A stretch of 55,359 nucleotides of DNA, filler included, from Sphacelaria rigidula (lineage: Eukaryota), in assembly GCA_964200075.2 (NCBI GenBank). It is 4 parts of 4 records of this genome, joined end to end, with 100 filler letters (N's around TTAATTAATTAA, not from the genome) between each part and the next. Parts side by side here need not be neighbours in the genome. Positions count along the whole stretch, not along the records: positions 27,737 to 41,498 come from CAXNAA020002682.1; positions 41,599 to 55,359 come from CAXNAA020002683.1; 2 more parts are not named here. One strand, given 5' to 3'. Both the position numbers and the translations under genes were made by a program. The number at the start of each line of letters is the position of its first letter. Within the stretch, counting starts at the first letter, position 1. Shown here piece after piece: positions 36,737 through 48,800 of this stretch. The notes under the pieces were generated by a model that saw nothing but the letters and a program-made list of their open reading frames with translations, was not told where the DNA came from and searched no databases.

Positions 36737-38104
36737 GTCTGTGTGCAGTGAGTAGGAGGGTCTATTTGATTCGTGCCCAAGGCTTAGTGCTGTGTGGTTC
36801 ATAGACTCGAATGTTGATTCATAGCGCATGAAGCTATTGAACATGGGTTGTATATGGAGGCGAGGAGTGTCTGTTGCGCGAGGCACCTGCAGTTGCTGTT
36901 GAAAAGGGTGTTATATTCTCCATGGAGTGATGCAGTATAATGCCAATTGATTTGTCTTGCTGTACCAATACCCGTGGCCCACCTGAAAGCAGCACTGTAG
37001 GTGATTCCTCGTGGATACAGGTGAAAGTGTATGTTGGGTGAGAGATGTTGATAAGATAAATATTCGTGTCGGGCGGGACATTATTTCCTTGTCTCGAGGA
37101 TTGGGTTGGATGCGCTGCACTCACCAAATTTCAGATGATATTTGTTGGGGGCTTTGACGGCTGTGCCAGGCATCCATCCCATAAAGGGGACATTGTTCCC
37201 TTGCTTTGGATTAACTCTCTGCTGTTTGTACAGATGTTCATCTGGTTGACAAGGCCTACGTTTTTGACATTCGAGTAGATTCGTATCACCGACAGCCGTA
37301 TCTTGGCGCCTCACACTACGAAATTGATAGGTTATGTGCATCGTGCGCGCGAAGAAATTATATCGGCGGCGTGATTAATTATTGAAACTGGGCATAAGAA
37401 CAAATGGTGTAAACTGACTGCGGTGACCGGGGCTTCCCGATCACCTCTGAAATTCTGTGTATGATTCTTCGGACTGACCCCGTCTGTGCAGCTGACTCAC
37501 AACGGCAAGTTATACCTGTTCGTCGCTACTTCCTGGTAGGGTGTATCGATGATTCCACTCCGTTATATCTGTAGTGCAGGGATGCGCCCACATATACCGA
37601 AAGGTGTAGACTGGCGTCCAGAACAGATGGGATGACAACACACACAGCGATGGTATTGATGTAATTGGGTTATTTTTGTCGTTGCTCTACAAGCTGCTCT
37701 TTTTCTTGACTGTGATATACGTAGGTGGCGAGTGTCAGGGATGTTTTTGCGGCGTCTGAGGTCGCAGCAATGAGTATCTGCGTAGTCTCTCGGCCATCTT
37801 AGCTCCGGTAAATAGGCAGCGTTAGAGGCTACGTACGCCGTGAGCAGGGCATCACCTTCCGTCCCACTATGGAGCGTTTTGGTCGAAGGGGTTAATGTTA
37901 TGGAGCGTGATGGGCAGAAGATGACGAGCGTTTTGGTCGAAGCGTTTGCTGTACGACCGCACACGCGACTATATATTCCGAGTTGGCTCACTGTAGAGAA
38001 GAGAGTACATTTTTCAATCTGGCTCAACTCGCAGCCGCCCTTGTGAAATCTGTACGCGTGTTCACTGCATACGGCCGTTGCATGACATGTAAATACAGAG
38101 CAAC

Positions 38105-38302
38105 AGGTGATTCTGAGAAAAGGGATCGAGATTTTTCTATGGGAACGACCAGAGGTGGAAATGATGTATGACAGCGAACCTAGTACCCGTCAAAGGTTGC
38201 CTTCAAGGCACATTTGACGAGTACTAGGTTCAAAATCGTGTACAATTTCGACCTTAGTTCGTTCCCGTAAAAACATCTTGCTCATATTTTTCAGGATCGC
38301 CT
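38105..38302. repeat. ~200 bp imperfect palindrome (foldback)
   Basis: gaacctagtac/gtactaggttc, cgtcaaa/tttgacg, tgcctt/aaggca and gggaacga/tcgttccc pair around a centre at ~38204. Confidence 0.8.
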
Positions 38303-38374
38303 ATTGGGCGTTGGAGCGCCCTCCTACCTGCAAAAGAGTGCTGTGCAGTTCCAACAATTGATTGCGTCACATGT

Positions 38375-38612
38375 TATGGTTTGCGGAAATGTCTGATGGC
38401 CTGAGGAGGTGTTTGATGGTCTGGGGGAAATGTGCGATTTCCTCGGGAGGTGCTTGGTGGTTTGGGAAAATATGTGGTGGCCTGGGAAATTGTCCAATGG
38501 TCGGGGGGCAGTGTGCGATGGTCTGGGGAACTGTGCGGTTGCCTGGGGTAATGTTTAATGTTCGATGATGTGGGAAAATGTTCGACGGCCTCGTAGGCTG
38601 TGGGATTTGTCG
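38375..38612. repeat. Degenerate ~21 bp minisatellite (GATGGTCTGGGGAAATGTGC-like)
   Basis: Recurrent gatggtctggggg/ggaaatgtg motifs at ~21 bp spacing. Confidence 0.65.
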
Positions 38613-41276
38613 AGATGTTGATTGCAATCCTCATGGTACACTTTCAGGGTTGTGGACTAGCGGCTCTGGTCTGTGAAGTTAAACTGGTCGCGCAAGCGAC
38701 CAGTTAATCGATGTTCAAAAACATAGACGGCGCGCAACGAAGCCGGGAGCCTCAACGATCTCCCCCGGCTGGTGAGGGAAGCCCGCCGTCGGAGGCAAGG
38801 GAAAATGCGGTATTTGGCTTGCTTTTCCCTTGAGAAATCTCCCCCTCCGTGGTGTCTGTAACCCTGTTGAGAAAAACGACATGAATCATCACAAGTTGGG
38901 GTAGATTGTATTATTTGTGTTGGTACCGGTCACGAGTTCAAATTCATTGTTGTCCGACCGCAAATGGTTCGAACGTCGGATATCCCCCCTCTCTTTTCGA
39001 TGAGATCGTTCTGGGAGGGGATGCGCTTGCTTCATCCCCGGGAAAAGGGATGGAGGGAGAACGGGGTCGTAAGGAAATATGATATGGCGCATACGTTCTA
39101 GCGATGCCGCTCGCGTGCTCGGGGGGCATCGCTATTCTTGTGCCTATGTAGCTCGCGAAAACGGTGGATAACACCCTCATCGTGTCTGGAAGGGGAATAG
39201 AGCGATTTCATCCCCGGGTGGGGAGAAATGGGGGGTGGGGATGAATACGTAATCGTAAACACGTTATATCGATGTGGTCGTGTGTGTAGGTACATCGCCA
39301 TTCGTGTGTAACAGACCAAAGCGGTAGAGACCACCCGGGTGACGATTGATTTTGGGGGGGGATGCGGATGTTTAATCTCCGGACAAGGATATATTTTTTA
39401 TATTTCATTTCTTCCACAAATCAATTATCTCGAAAACACCCTCATGTCATCCATAAGTATTGCCATTCGCACGGCATAGGAAAAAAACGGTGGGTACTAC
39501 CCCCTAAATTGAAGGTAGATAATTCCCCCGGGGACAGCTATTCCTTGTCCCCTGGGGTACCATGCACCCCCCGCCGAAATCCGACTTCCGCCAATGTTGT
39601 TTATTCCATTTTCACAAAGTAAATTTGGTTTTCCCTGCGGGTAAAAATTCGACTAACCAGTTTTTGGCGACTCCATTTTTGCGACCTCATTTTTCCGATC
39701 CGATTCTTGCAATAGTTTCCCCCTAGATATTTGCACTCTAAAACCCCTCTTGATTTCGTGTTTTTGGGGATAACTTCGTCAAACATACCGAACACATCTT
39801 GCTCCAAGGGGCACCTGGCACACAGCAGCTGCCGCTGCCTACCCAGTATCATCCTCCAAATCGAAGTTTTGAGTGAGAACCTCCAGCGTTTGGTGCCCAT
39901 GTACAAGGAAGGATGATCTTCATCTAGTATCATGCTCCAAAACGTACCTGACAAGGGACCAACCCCCCGTTCATACAGTAGCAATGCTAGCGGATCACAC
40001 GTCCTGACAGTCTGTGACAGTCTGGCAGCCGGCAAGGTGGTTGTGGTAGTATCATTCTAGCGATATCAACTTACAGTGCACTGGAACAGAGTTTGCAGGT
40101 GAATATTTCGGCGATTGCCTCACCTGCAGTTCGCCCAGATGTTTCGGCTTTTTCCTCGACATCACCGAGTAACATTAACATTACATACATGCACAGGTGG
40201 AAACTCCGTTACATCATAAGTCGAGATGTACCAGATCCTGAATTATATATGGAAGTATACACAACCGTGGACAAAAGGTTTCTACAGTCAGTACGAACAC
40301 GTTGTTGAAGGTGTACTGCGCAAAGTCAGTGTGTTGTCCCGTTTGTTCTGGACGCCGGTCTCCACCTTTCGGTATATGTGGGCGCACCAGCCGCGGCTGT
40401 GTCACCATAATATAGCTTCGCCCAAGGTACAGGTAACCACTACAGCGGCGGAAGTGGCCTCTGACTCCTGCGTGCGCTACCTGGGGCAAACGCACGCTTT
40501 GGCTGCAACATGGAGATCTTCACAAAATGTGACGAGGCAAAATAGCGCGTAGCGAGGCGGGATATCCCGCGTACACGTTGGCCGCGATGCGAGCAGCTGC
40601 GTTCATGATAATGTCGCGAACTGCGTAGGACAACGCGAAATCAATGCAGGACAGGGATAGGCTAAGGATGTCACGTCCTGCGGTGCGCTTTGTTACCCTG
40701 CACCCTGTCGCTGTGCAGTGAGCAGGTAGTATCGCCGAACGCATCACGCTGCGGTTGGTATGCAGTGTCGGCTCAACACCCATAGGGTATAACCTCTGCC
40801 TTAAATTAAATAAAACGCATTGCATTCAATTACACGCGCGGGCCGCGTTCGTTTCGAGCAGCACGTGCGCTAGCTCGAGCGCGAGTTTCCGTGTTGTCGA
40901 CATCATGCCAGTGCGCTTGTGCACTAAAGCGCTGTACTCTCCTATGGCAGCCCGTCCACGGTATTGCTTCTCATGTTTCATCACGCTTTATTTGAAAACG
41001 CGCAGAAGGGATGCCAGCGAATTCATCGTTGTTGCACTTGGAGGTGTGGTGAACCATTTTTTTGTCGATCTAGTACTCCCGCATGCTGTGTGTTGTACCG
41101 AATAGTATACCGTACCAGTTCATAAACGGATATAACACAGGATCTTACAAATTGGGGATGATCTTTTATTGGGGATGAGAAACCCGGAGGATTAAAATCT
41201 CATTATTCACAACAAATCGTCGAAATATGGTTCCATTTTTTCACCCACTGATAGCTATTGACAACTGCAACACGCC

Positions 41277-41432
41277 ATAGAAATTTGGATTCCGATCACA
41301 GAAATGTTGGGGTCCTAGGTGAAAAACCAGTTCCGGAACAATTTTGGCGTCCGCTCGGACACTCGGAATTCCCCAAAATTGTTTTTTCGCCTAGGACCCC
41401 AACATCTCGGTGATCGGAATCCAAATTTCTAT
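41277..41432. repeat. 156 bp hairpin/MITE with ~50 bp arms
   Basis: ATAGAAATTTGGATTCCGATCAC is a perfect 23 bp reverse complement of GTGATCGGAATCCAAATTTCTAT; pairing continues with atgttggggtcctagg/cctaggaccccaacat. Confidence 0.88.
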
Positions 41433-41498
41433 AAACAATGTTTTCGTGAGATTGAGAATCTTCGATACGATTGAGAATAGGGGTAAGGCAAGCCGTCA

Positions 41499-41598
41499 NN
41501 NNNNNNNNNNNNNNNNNNNNNNNNNNNNNNNNNNNNNNNNNNTTAATTAATTAANNNNNNNNNNNNNNNNNNNNNNNNNNNNNNNNNNNNNNNNNNNN
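41499..41598. other. Artificial contig linker N44-TTAATTAATTAA-N44
   Basis: Same 100 bp cassette. Confidence 0.98.
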
Positions 41599-41745
41599 GT
41601 TGGTGAGACACCCATGAGGCAGTGTACAAGCCGTGGCTGTCTCTGGAAGTGGCGATACCAGAAAATAAAACAACTCATGTGAAGGCTGTCATCCAAATGC
41701 GAGATAATCAGTACGCTTCGGGCCGACCGATCTGAGCAGGACATA

Positions 41746-42065
41746 GCTCACCCTTCATGCGACTCGCCGAGCACACCACGGCGCTTCGCGCTCCTGGTGA
41801 TTAAGTGCGAACCTGGTCGGGTGGAAACCCGGCGTGCTCCGTCCCGGCTTCGTAGGGATGCGAGGTCAATGTTCTCATGGCTACGGTATGCAAGACCATG
41901 AGTATTCCCCCCCCCCTCTCCGTTTAGTAGGATGTTGCTCACCCTTCATGCGACTCGCTGAAAATGTCACAGCGCTTCGCGCTTGGTGATTGCGAGCCTG
42001 GTCCTGTGCATACCAGGCGGGCTCCATCCCGGCTTCGAATGCGAAGTCAAGATCATGAGTACACC
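41746..42065 (-). mobile_element. Two tandem copies of the longer family X element
   Basis: gctcacccttcatgcgactcgc...gcgcttcgcgct..tggtgatt...tcccggcttcg...tgcga.gtcaa...catgagta occurs at 41746 and 41937. Confidence 0.7.
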
Positions 42066-42634
42066 TTGCTCTCCGTCCGCCCTCCGAACGTGCGGACGTG
42101 AGGTTCGATTGCCTACTCTTGTAGCTTCGATTCTAATCATTTGATGAACGGAAAATCGATCTGAGGCGGAGGGATGACGACGGGGACGGGGGACAACTGA
42201 GGGATGACCTTCGAATCACTTGAAACATGTCTGTAAAATGGATATCTGGCTGGTATCTGAGGATGGTGCTGTATGGTAGAATGTTGGTTGAGTTCGGTCA
42301 ACTCCGAATCGCCAAGTATTGGCCCAGAAGAGCATAAAAACGTTTGGCTTGGTCCACACGGAGATCTTTTGGTCGGTGATTCGTCCACGTTGCTGCTGTT
42401 TCTGTTATGTTTTTCATCGCGTTCCGTCAGTGTGCGCAGTACCTATGAAGCGACGAACTTTGCAGCTTTCGAAATCTTGCTTCATGTTGGCTCCAATACC
42501 AGCAGTTCCGTTGTGTGTCGATACCCATCTCTCCTTCGATGTCCAGAGACTCAGCAGTGGCTTCCACAGCTCGGAGGCATGAAGACACTCGGTGGCAACG
42601 ATGAATGTGGCATCTCAGTTCACTTCCTGATCTC

Positions 42635-42735
42635 AACCTCTTGACCGCGAACATCGTCCATCTCTTGAATCAGCGTCAATCTCACTTGGAAAACTATTGC
42701 ATGACCAGATTACTTGCCCTCGCGGTCAAAGCGTT
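42635..42735 (-). mobile_element. Degenerate copy of the piggyBac-like MITE
   Basis: cctcttgaccgcga...ttgaatcagcgtcaatctcacttggaaaa...ccctcgcggtcaaagcg resembles unit 29021-29116. Confidence 0.5.
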
Positions 42736-42818
42736 GAGCAAGCACACTCTTTCTTACGCTTGGTTTATCTACTGCAGGTTTTCACTCTGATCTCCTTCCC
42801 TTGTCGAACTTAGTTCAG

Positions 42819-45800
42819 AATCCCCTGTCGATATGGTAACGGGGTCTCGAGTGCTAGCTGCTCATCGCATGTCCTTTTCTACTCTTTCCGATCTCGTCCA
42901 TCGCAGGTTTCGACGCGTTGCTCTGGACAACCTCCTTTGTCAAGAACGGGGACAATTCAGGCAGGCTCCCAGGACGGTCAAGCCCGTTTTACTAGACGAG
43001 CTAGAGCACACACCGCCGGGGATGTGGAAAAGGCATCAAGCGCATGAGAATGCACGACGACGGACATCTGTAACCAGCGACGGGGAGCCTCCCGAGTACG
43101 TCACCAATGAGATGGAAGGTCTTGCTCGTCTTTGTTTTGTTGTTGTTGCTGTTGTTTTCTTGTGTTGGTCGTTTCATCGCTTCTGACTACTTCAGGTTTT
43201 GCCACAAAGGCGAGTTGTTTTTGCTTCCGTACGTCATTCATGTAAGCTTGATGATCACGCTGTGTCATTTCGGGGTCAACGCCTGCTCTTCGCGTTCGTG
43301 ATTTGTTTTTTGCCGTGCCATGCGTAACCCGTTCATCTTTTTTTTTCACGAAATAACAGAGCTCCCTTGTTCCTGACGGCGAAGAGTGTGAGCATCCTGG
43401 CGAATCATCACTCGAGGTCCTGCATCTCTATCCTCAAGTCCCTGGCGTTCGCTCGTGCCGCCACTCCGCCGCTAACGAGTAATGCGGGTGGAGTAAGCGC
43501 AGGCGCCACGAGCGGTGGAGCTGGGGGTGGAGTTGCAGCGGGGGGTGACTCCACGCCACACTCCTACAAGAGGTCAGACATTTTCGGTGTGTAGTCAATG
43601 TGGTCCAGTAGACACAGCGGGCCCCCCCCCCCCGAGCCTGGTACGGCGAAAACCCGGCGTGCTCCGCCTCGGCGTTGTAGGAATGAGAAGTCAATGGTCT
43701 TGTGACTACGGCATGGAAGATCATTAGTACACCCCCTGCCCCCCCACCCATTGAATGACGAGAACAATCGCGTACTACTCTTCGTTGTTCTTGTCGGCTC
43801 ATCCATCCTTGCTCATGAGTAGTCCCTATAGCCCGCGAGCAGTACGCGATTGGTCCCGGCAGTTTTTTTCAAGGAATGATGAAGACATTTTGGCGATGGT
43901 CTTTCCGTCATGTAGTTTCTTGATTCCTGATGTCGTTGGGCGTTCTGACCACCATAGCTTCCCTTCGTTTTCCCCGTCTGTTGTGCGTTTTTATTTTTCT
44001 TCTACCCTACTAAACGTGCCGCATAGACCAACATCACCACCTAATGCCGGAACAGCGCGGGATCCGATACCTTTGGCACATCGACGTATGTCTCCGAGGT
44101 TGGGGCAAAAGGTACAACTGAGAGATGCTTTATTTCGCCGTCCGCGCTGGTTGTGTGGCGCCGGCTGACAGTACAGGGGTTTCCAGCGGAGGGCTGTGCA
44201 GTTGTTGAGGGTTACCGGATCGTCGGCGAATGCTCCCCCGATTAACCCTGCGTTTTTCCGGGAAAATTCCAAGCCGGGTACAATTCCTGAAGGGGGGAGT
44301 GGGGAGAGAGACTAGTCGTTTTGTTTCGATCGGTCAAGTTCCCCATCATGTGTCCCCACACAAGACCTTCAGATTGCCCACCTCGCCTCCTAGCCGCATT
44401 TGACCGTTTGAATACCGGCCGCCGTACTCGTACTCTAGAAGAGCACCGCAGCACATATGTTTTTGCTATTTTGGCACCCCGTGCTACCATGCCTCTTGTG
44501 CTGTCGAGTAGCTGTACACGACCATACTGTCCACGACTATTATGCATGTAGAGGCAGCCACGATGTACACTGATATCTGCGACGGATAGCAATGGCACGA
44601 ATGGTGCTGTTGCTGTACGAGGCAGCTGAGCGAAATGAAGCGTACTGGTCGTTCGTACCGCACCAGTACAGGCATACAATACTGCTTCACAGTACAGTGC
44701 AGTACAGCAGCAGTGCAGAGAGTACACACGAGTAAAGTTGAACCACTTATGGAGGGCAGTGCAACATCAAGGAGAGCATGCTCTGGGTGTGACAGCATGG
44801 CCACGAAAATATCGAGACATTCAAATAAAAGGCGAAGAGTATACATGGTTGTACCGCACTAGGAGTGGGCGCGAGCGTGCACCACTTGCAATGCATGGGC
44901 CCAACGTGATGGTAAACGCTGTTGATCTACCCTGGACTTGGCTCTCGAGATGAGTCGGGGTCCTCGTTCTCTGTTTTCTTCATAGATATTCAACGTCCGC
45001 CTGTTCATGCAGATAGGGTTGTTGTCTTTTTTTTTGAGGGGAGGGGGTGGGAAGGGGGACTGTTCCGAACCCAAAGTGTACCGAAGGTGATCTAAGGCGA
45101 TATGTTGGGAGAGTCGCCTTGTAAGAGTTGTGTTGAACAAGGTCTGTGACGACAGTCCGGTGTCGAAGATCGCGGTAGTCGAAAAGGCAAAAGCGAGATT
45201 GAGAGCAAGGCGTCAGATGCAGGAAAAAGTCATATTCGTGTTTCTGTGCACTCGGTTGTTTTTTTGCAGGGTGGCAAACCTGTCGCCATTGTGCTTGTGA
45301 TGGTATGCCGTCAGTACTCTTGCGGGTGCGTATCCAGAATTAGCACACGCCCGTTTTGTGAAGGGATCGATCGCTGTGCTGCTCTGAGAAGAGCTCCAAA
45401 ATCGCCCACGGATGTACTTGCCGTATCGGGTGCTTTTGTGTGACCCTTTGGTACAGAACCTGTAGAACTTACCGCGGCAATTAGGCAATTGAGCGTGTTA
45501 TTCGTCGTGCTAACTGGTCCACGCGCACCCTGGTTAATTCTCACAACGTACCTCGTCCGCATGTGTGGACCCCAGCTGGGATCTTCTACTTTACAGGGTG
45601 TTGGCGGCGTTGATCCCATGGCTGCCCTCTTCGCAGCACGGAAAAGGGGCATATCGCGACCCTTCGCGCCCAAGTGAGCAACGCGATAAGCGTCATAGAA
45701 AGTTGATTGACTTTTGTTGTTTTGTCCATCGTCATATCAAGTGTCATGGGTGGCGCCCTGCTGTGTTTTTCACAGACAGTTGTTGGGTGTAACCGACGAT

Positions 45801-48800
45801 GTCCCAGGTGGTGTATCACAGTACAGATTCCGTGTTGTCCGTAACATGCACTCGGGTACAGCAGTGAAGGTATTCCCCTGCTTCACTGCGTGTCGCTGGT
45901 GCTTCGCTTGTGCGGCATTCTTGCCGATCGGATGCCAAGCCCGGCATAATCCATTTGCAGCATCACAAACAGATGCACAGGAACTTGGTACCTGCTTGGT
46001 CGTTCTTCTTCTGTTGCCCTGATTTCTTTCTCCGTTGGTTTCTCCCATCATCCAGCCCCATCGACGTACGGAGACCCGAGGTGGGACGACCACTGCCCTT
46101 CCGCCCCGCTCCGAGGACTCCCGTGGCGGACCCTGGTAACGTGTCCGCTGCCCCCGACATGAGCATTCAGATATCTCCCGCGACAGGCAGGTGGAGCTCA
46201 TCTTCGACGCCAGCTGGACCGGTACGATGTTCTGCTCTCGCTTGGATCTCTTCTCTAACACGCGGTCTTTTGTTACTGTATACATAAATTCCTGCTGGCG
46301 TTCCTGATCCGTGCGGCCACCAGGGAAATTTGGTTGAATTGTTGTACAAAGCAGTGAATACTAGTACGCGTGGTCAGTGCTGCACGTACGCTCATTCGCG
46401 AGCGACGGAAAGCTTATTTTCTCATTTTTGCCCGGCGCACACTGTTTCTTCTCGCTACTCCCTGCCTCCCATCTATGTTACCCTCAGCAGTCGCTGGAGG
46501 AGAAGGCTGTACGTCTTATGGAAGAGGCACGGAAATTTGCCTTCCGTTGCTCCCGGCCCTCTCAAGCAGTCTTTAGTCGATACATTCAGGACTTGAGGGA
46601 GGGAAAGCTCAGTTTTCACGAGGCTCCGAGGGGACCAACCGGGGACAGAGGTAGCAGACCGACCACCATGGCGGCGGGAGTTGGAACGAGTCTCCGTTCG
46701 ACAATGAATAGCTCGCCTGGCATGAGCCCTCGTGCCCTCGGCCATCCTGTTGCAGTCGAGTCGAGATCGTACCAGCCAGCCGACTCAGCGATAGCACCAA
46801 CAGCGGTGGCGGCTGAGTTTCCGATGGATCCACTACAGTTGCGAGCACTGTACATGGAGACCCTCGCGGCCCGCATTGCGGAGGATGAGGCTGCTCGCGT
46901 TGCACTTTGGGAAGCAGGCAGGAAGTGGACTTTCGGTTACGAGCTAGAGCGCCGCTGGACTGTCACTGATGACGTGGCAAGCGAAAACGACGTGGTGGAC
47001 ACTGTTCCGAACGAGACAGATGACAATCGTGATTTTGTACCTGCTATGGAAACGTCACAGATGGCAACAGCAACTGAGCCCGTTGAACTCAAACGACAGC
47101 CTTTCTGGGCGAAACAGCGCACGCTGGGTGTTCGGGGCGGAAGCAGCAGCAGCGGCGTCATCAGCAGCAGCGGCCCCGGTAGTTCTGGGGTACCTCGGAC
47201 AGCTCAGCCACTGGGGAGTCCAAGCCAGATCATTGCTTCCACGGCACTGCCTCATGTCTCACCACGCTCGAAGGCGACGTTGCCTCTGCCGGGTACGGGA
47301 GGAGTGGCGTGGGGTACAGCCGACGGCAGACCAGCAGGTGGCTCGTCTGTCACCGCCTCCGAACTTACCGCTGATTTGCGGTCGGATGGAAGAATGTCTG
47401 GACGGACCACTCCCCACGGTGAGAGGAGAGGGCTTGGAGGACCAGGGACACACTTGCATTCAGCATTCGGGACATCGGTTGCGTCCGTCGACCCTCATCG
47501 TGTTGAAACGGGTGGCAAAGGTACTTTGGACAGCTTGGTTCCAACGGGGGATCACTCGAATCATGTCGGTGCACAGTGCAGTAAAGTTGGCACTGCTACG
47601 GCCGTGGCAGGATCGAAACGACAGGATCAAGCGTCTCTGCCTGATGCCGGTGAGGACAGAGACGACCCCACTACCTTACAGGCGCTAGAACGCTTGCCGA
47701 AGCGTGTTCATCACACCTCAACATACCCGCTGATCATCCCCGTGGGTTCACCGCCATTGAAAATTCTTTCTGCCCGGGGCCCTCGAAGGGCTCAGGACAA
47801 CGGGGAAGCTGTAGGTGGTGAGGACGTCAGCGGGATCGCCCACAACAGTCCGGTTGAGAGTCACTTCTCCGGCCCATGGGGCGGAACGTACACGGAGGAC
47901 GAAGGTCGCTGGGGATCTGGACGTTGGAAAACACGCGACCGCGACTTCACGTGGGATGCGCTTGGGCCTTTGCCTCGACGCACGTTTGGTTCGGGAGGCA
48001 TGGGAAGCATAAGCGAAGTAGATGCCGTGGAAAGGCAGAGGATGTTAACGACGAGCAGCGGCAGCTCTGCAGCAGTCACGCACTTCAGCGGTGGCGGACG
48101 CAGCATCACACCCGACCATGTTGTCCACGGTGCGGTGTTAGGGGCGGGTTGGATACCAAGAGACAACAGGCAACATACACAATCATCTGAGACAGCCGAA
48201 GGCACAGAACGCTCCCGCTCTCGTAGCGCGGCAAACAGCCGAGATAGTATTGGCGACAGCATAGACGATGAGAGGTACCAGCGGGCGACATCATCGGCAG
48301 TTTTGTCCTACCACGTAGAAAGGCGACTGCGGGGAGGAGGACGAATCGAGGAAGGCTCACCAACGATAGATGACGGTGGAACGGATTATTTGCAGGAGCT
48401 CAGGGACGGAAGTAGCGAACTACCTCGTCGAAGCCGCAGCGTGTCAGTCTCTGGAATACCAGAGGCACGGGCGGAAGAGTCGACAGGTGATGCGGTATCA
48501 AACACTTCAGGCCTTGGAGGTCTATTCTCGACGCTACGAAGAAAAACCTCCGCCGTGGACGACATGGAAAATGATGTAGCAGCGACGCACGGGTCAAGTT
48601 CTGTTGCACAGACGGCCGCCGAAGAACAGCGATCACGAGGCGGGCTGTTTTCTAGCGCCACCGAAGTCGACGCAGTGCGGGAGCAGCAGCGCGCTCATAC
48701 TTTCGCTGTGTCATTCGTAAAAACCTACGCTGCCTACTTGGTTGATTCCCTTGGGTTCCGGATCGTAGAAGACGTCGAGCCGGCAGTGGACAAGTCTGAC

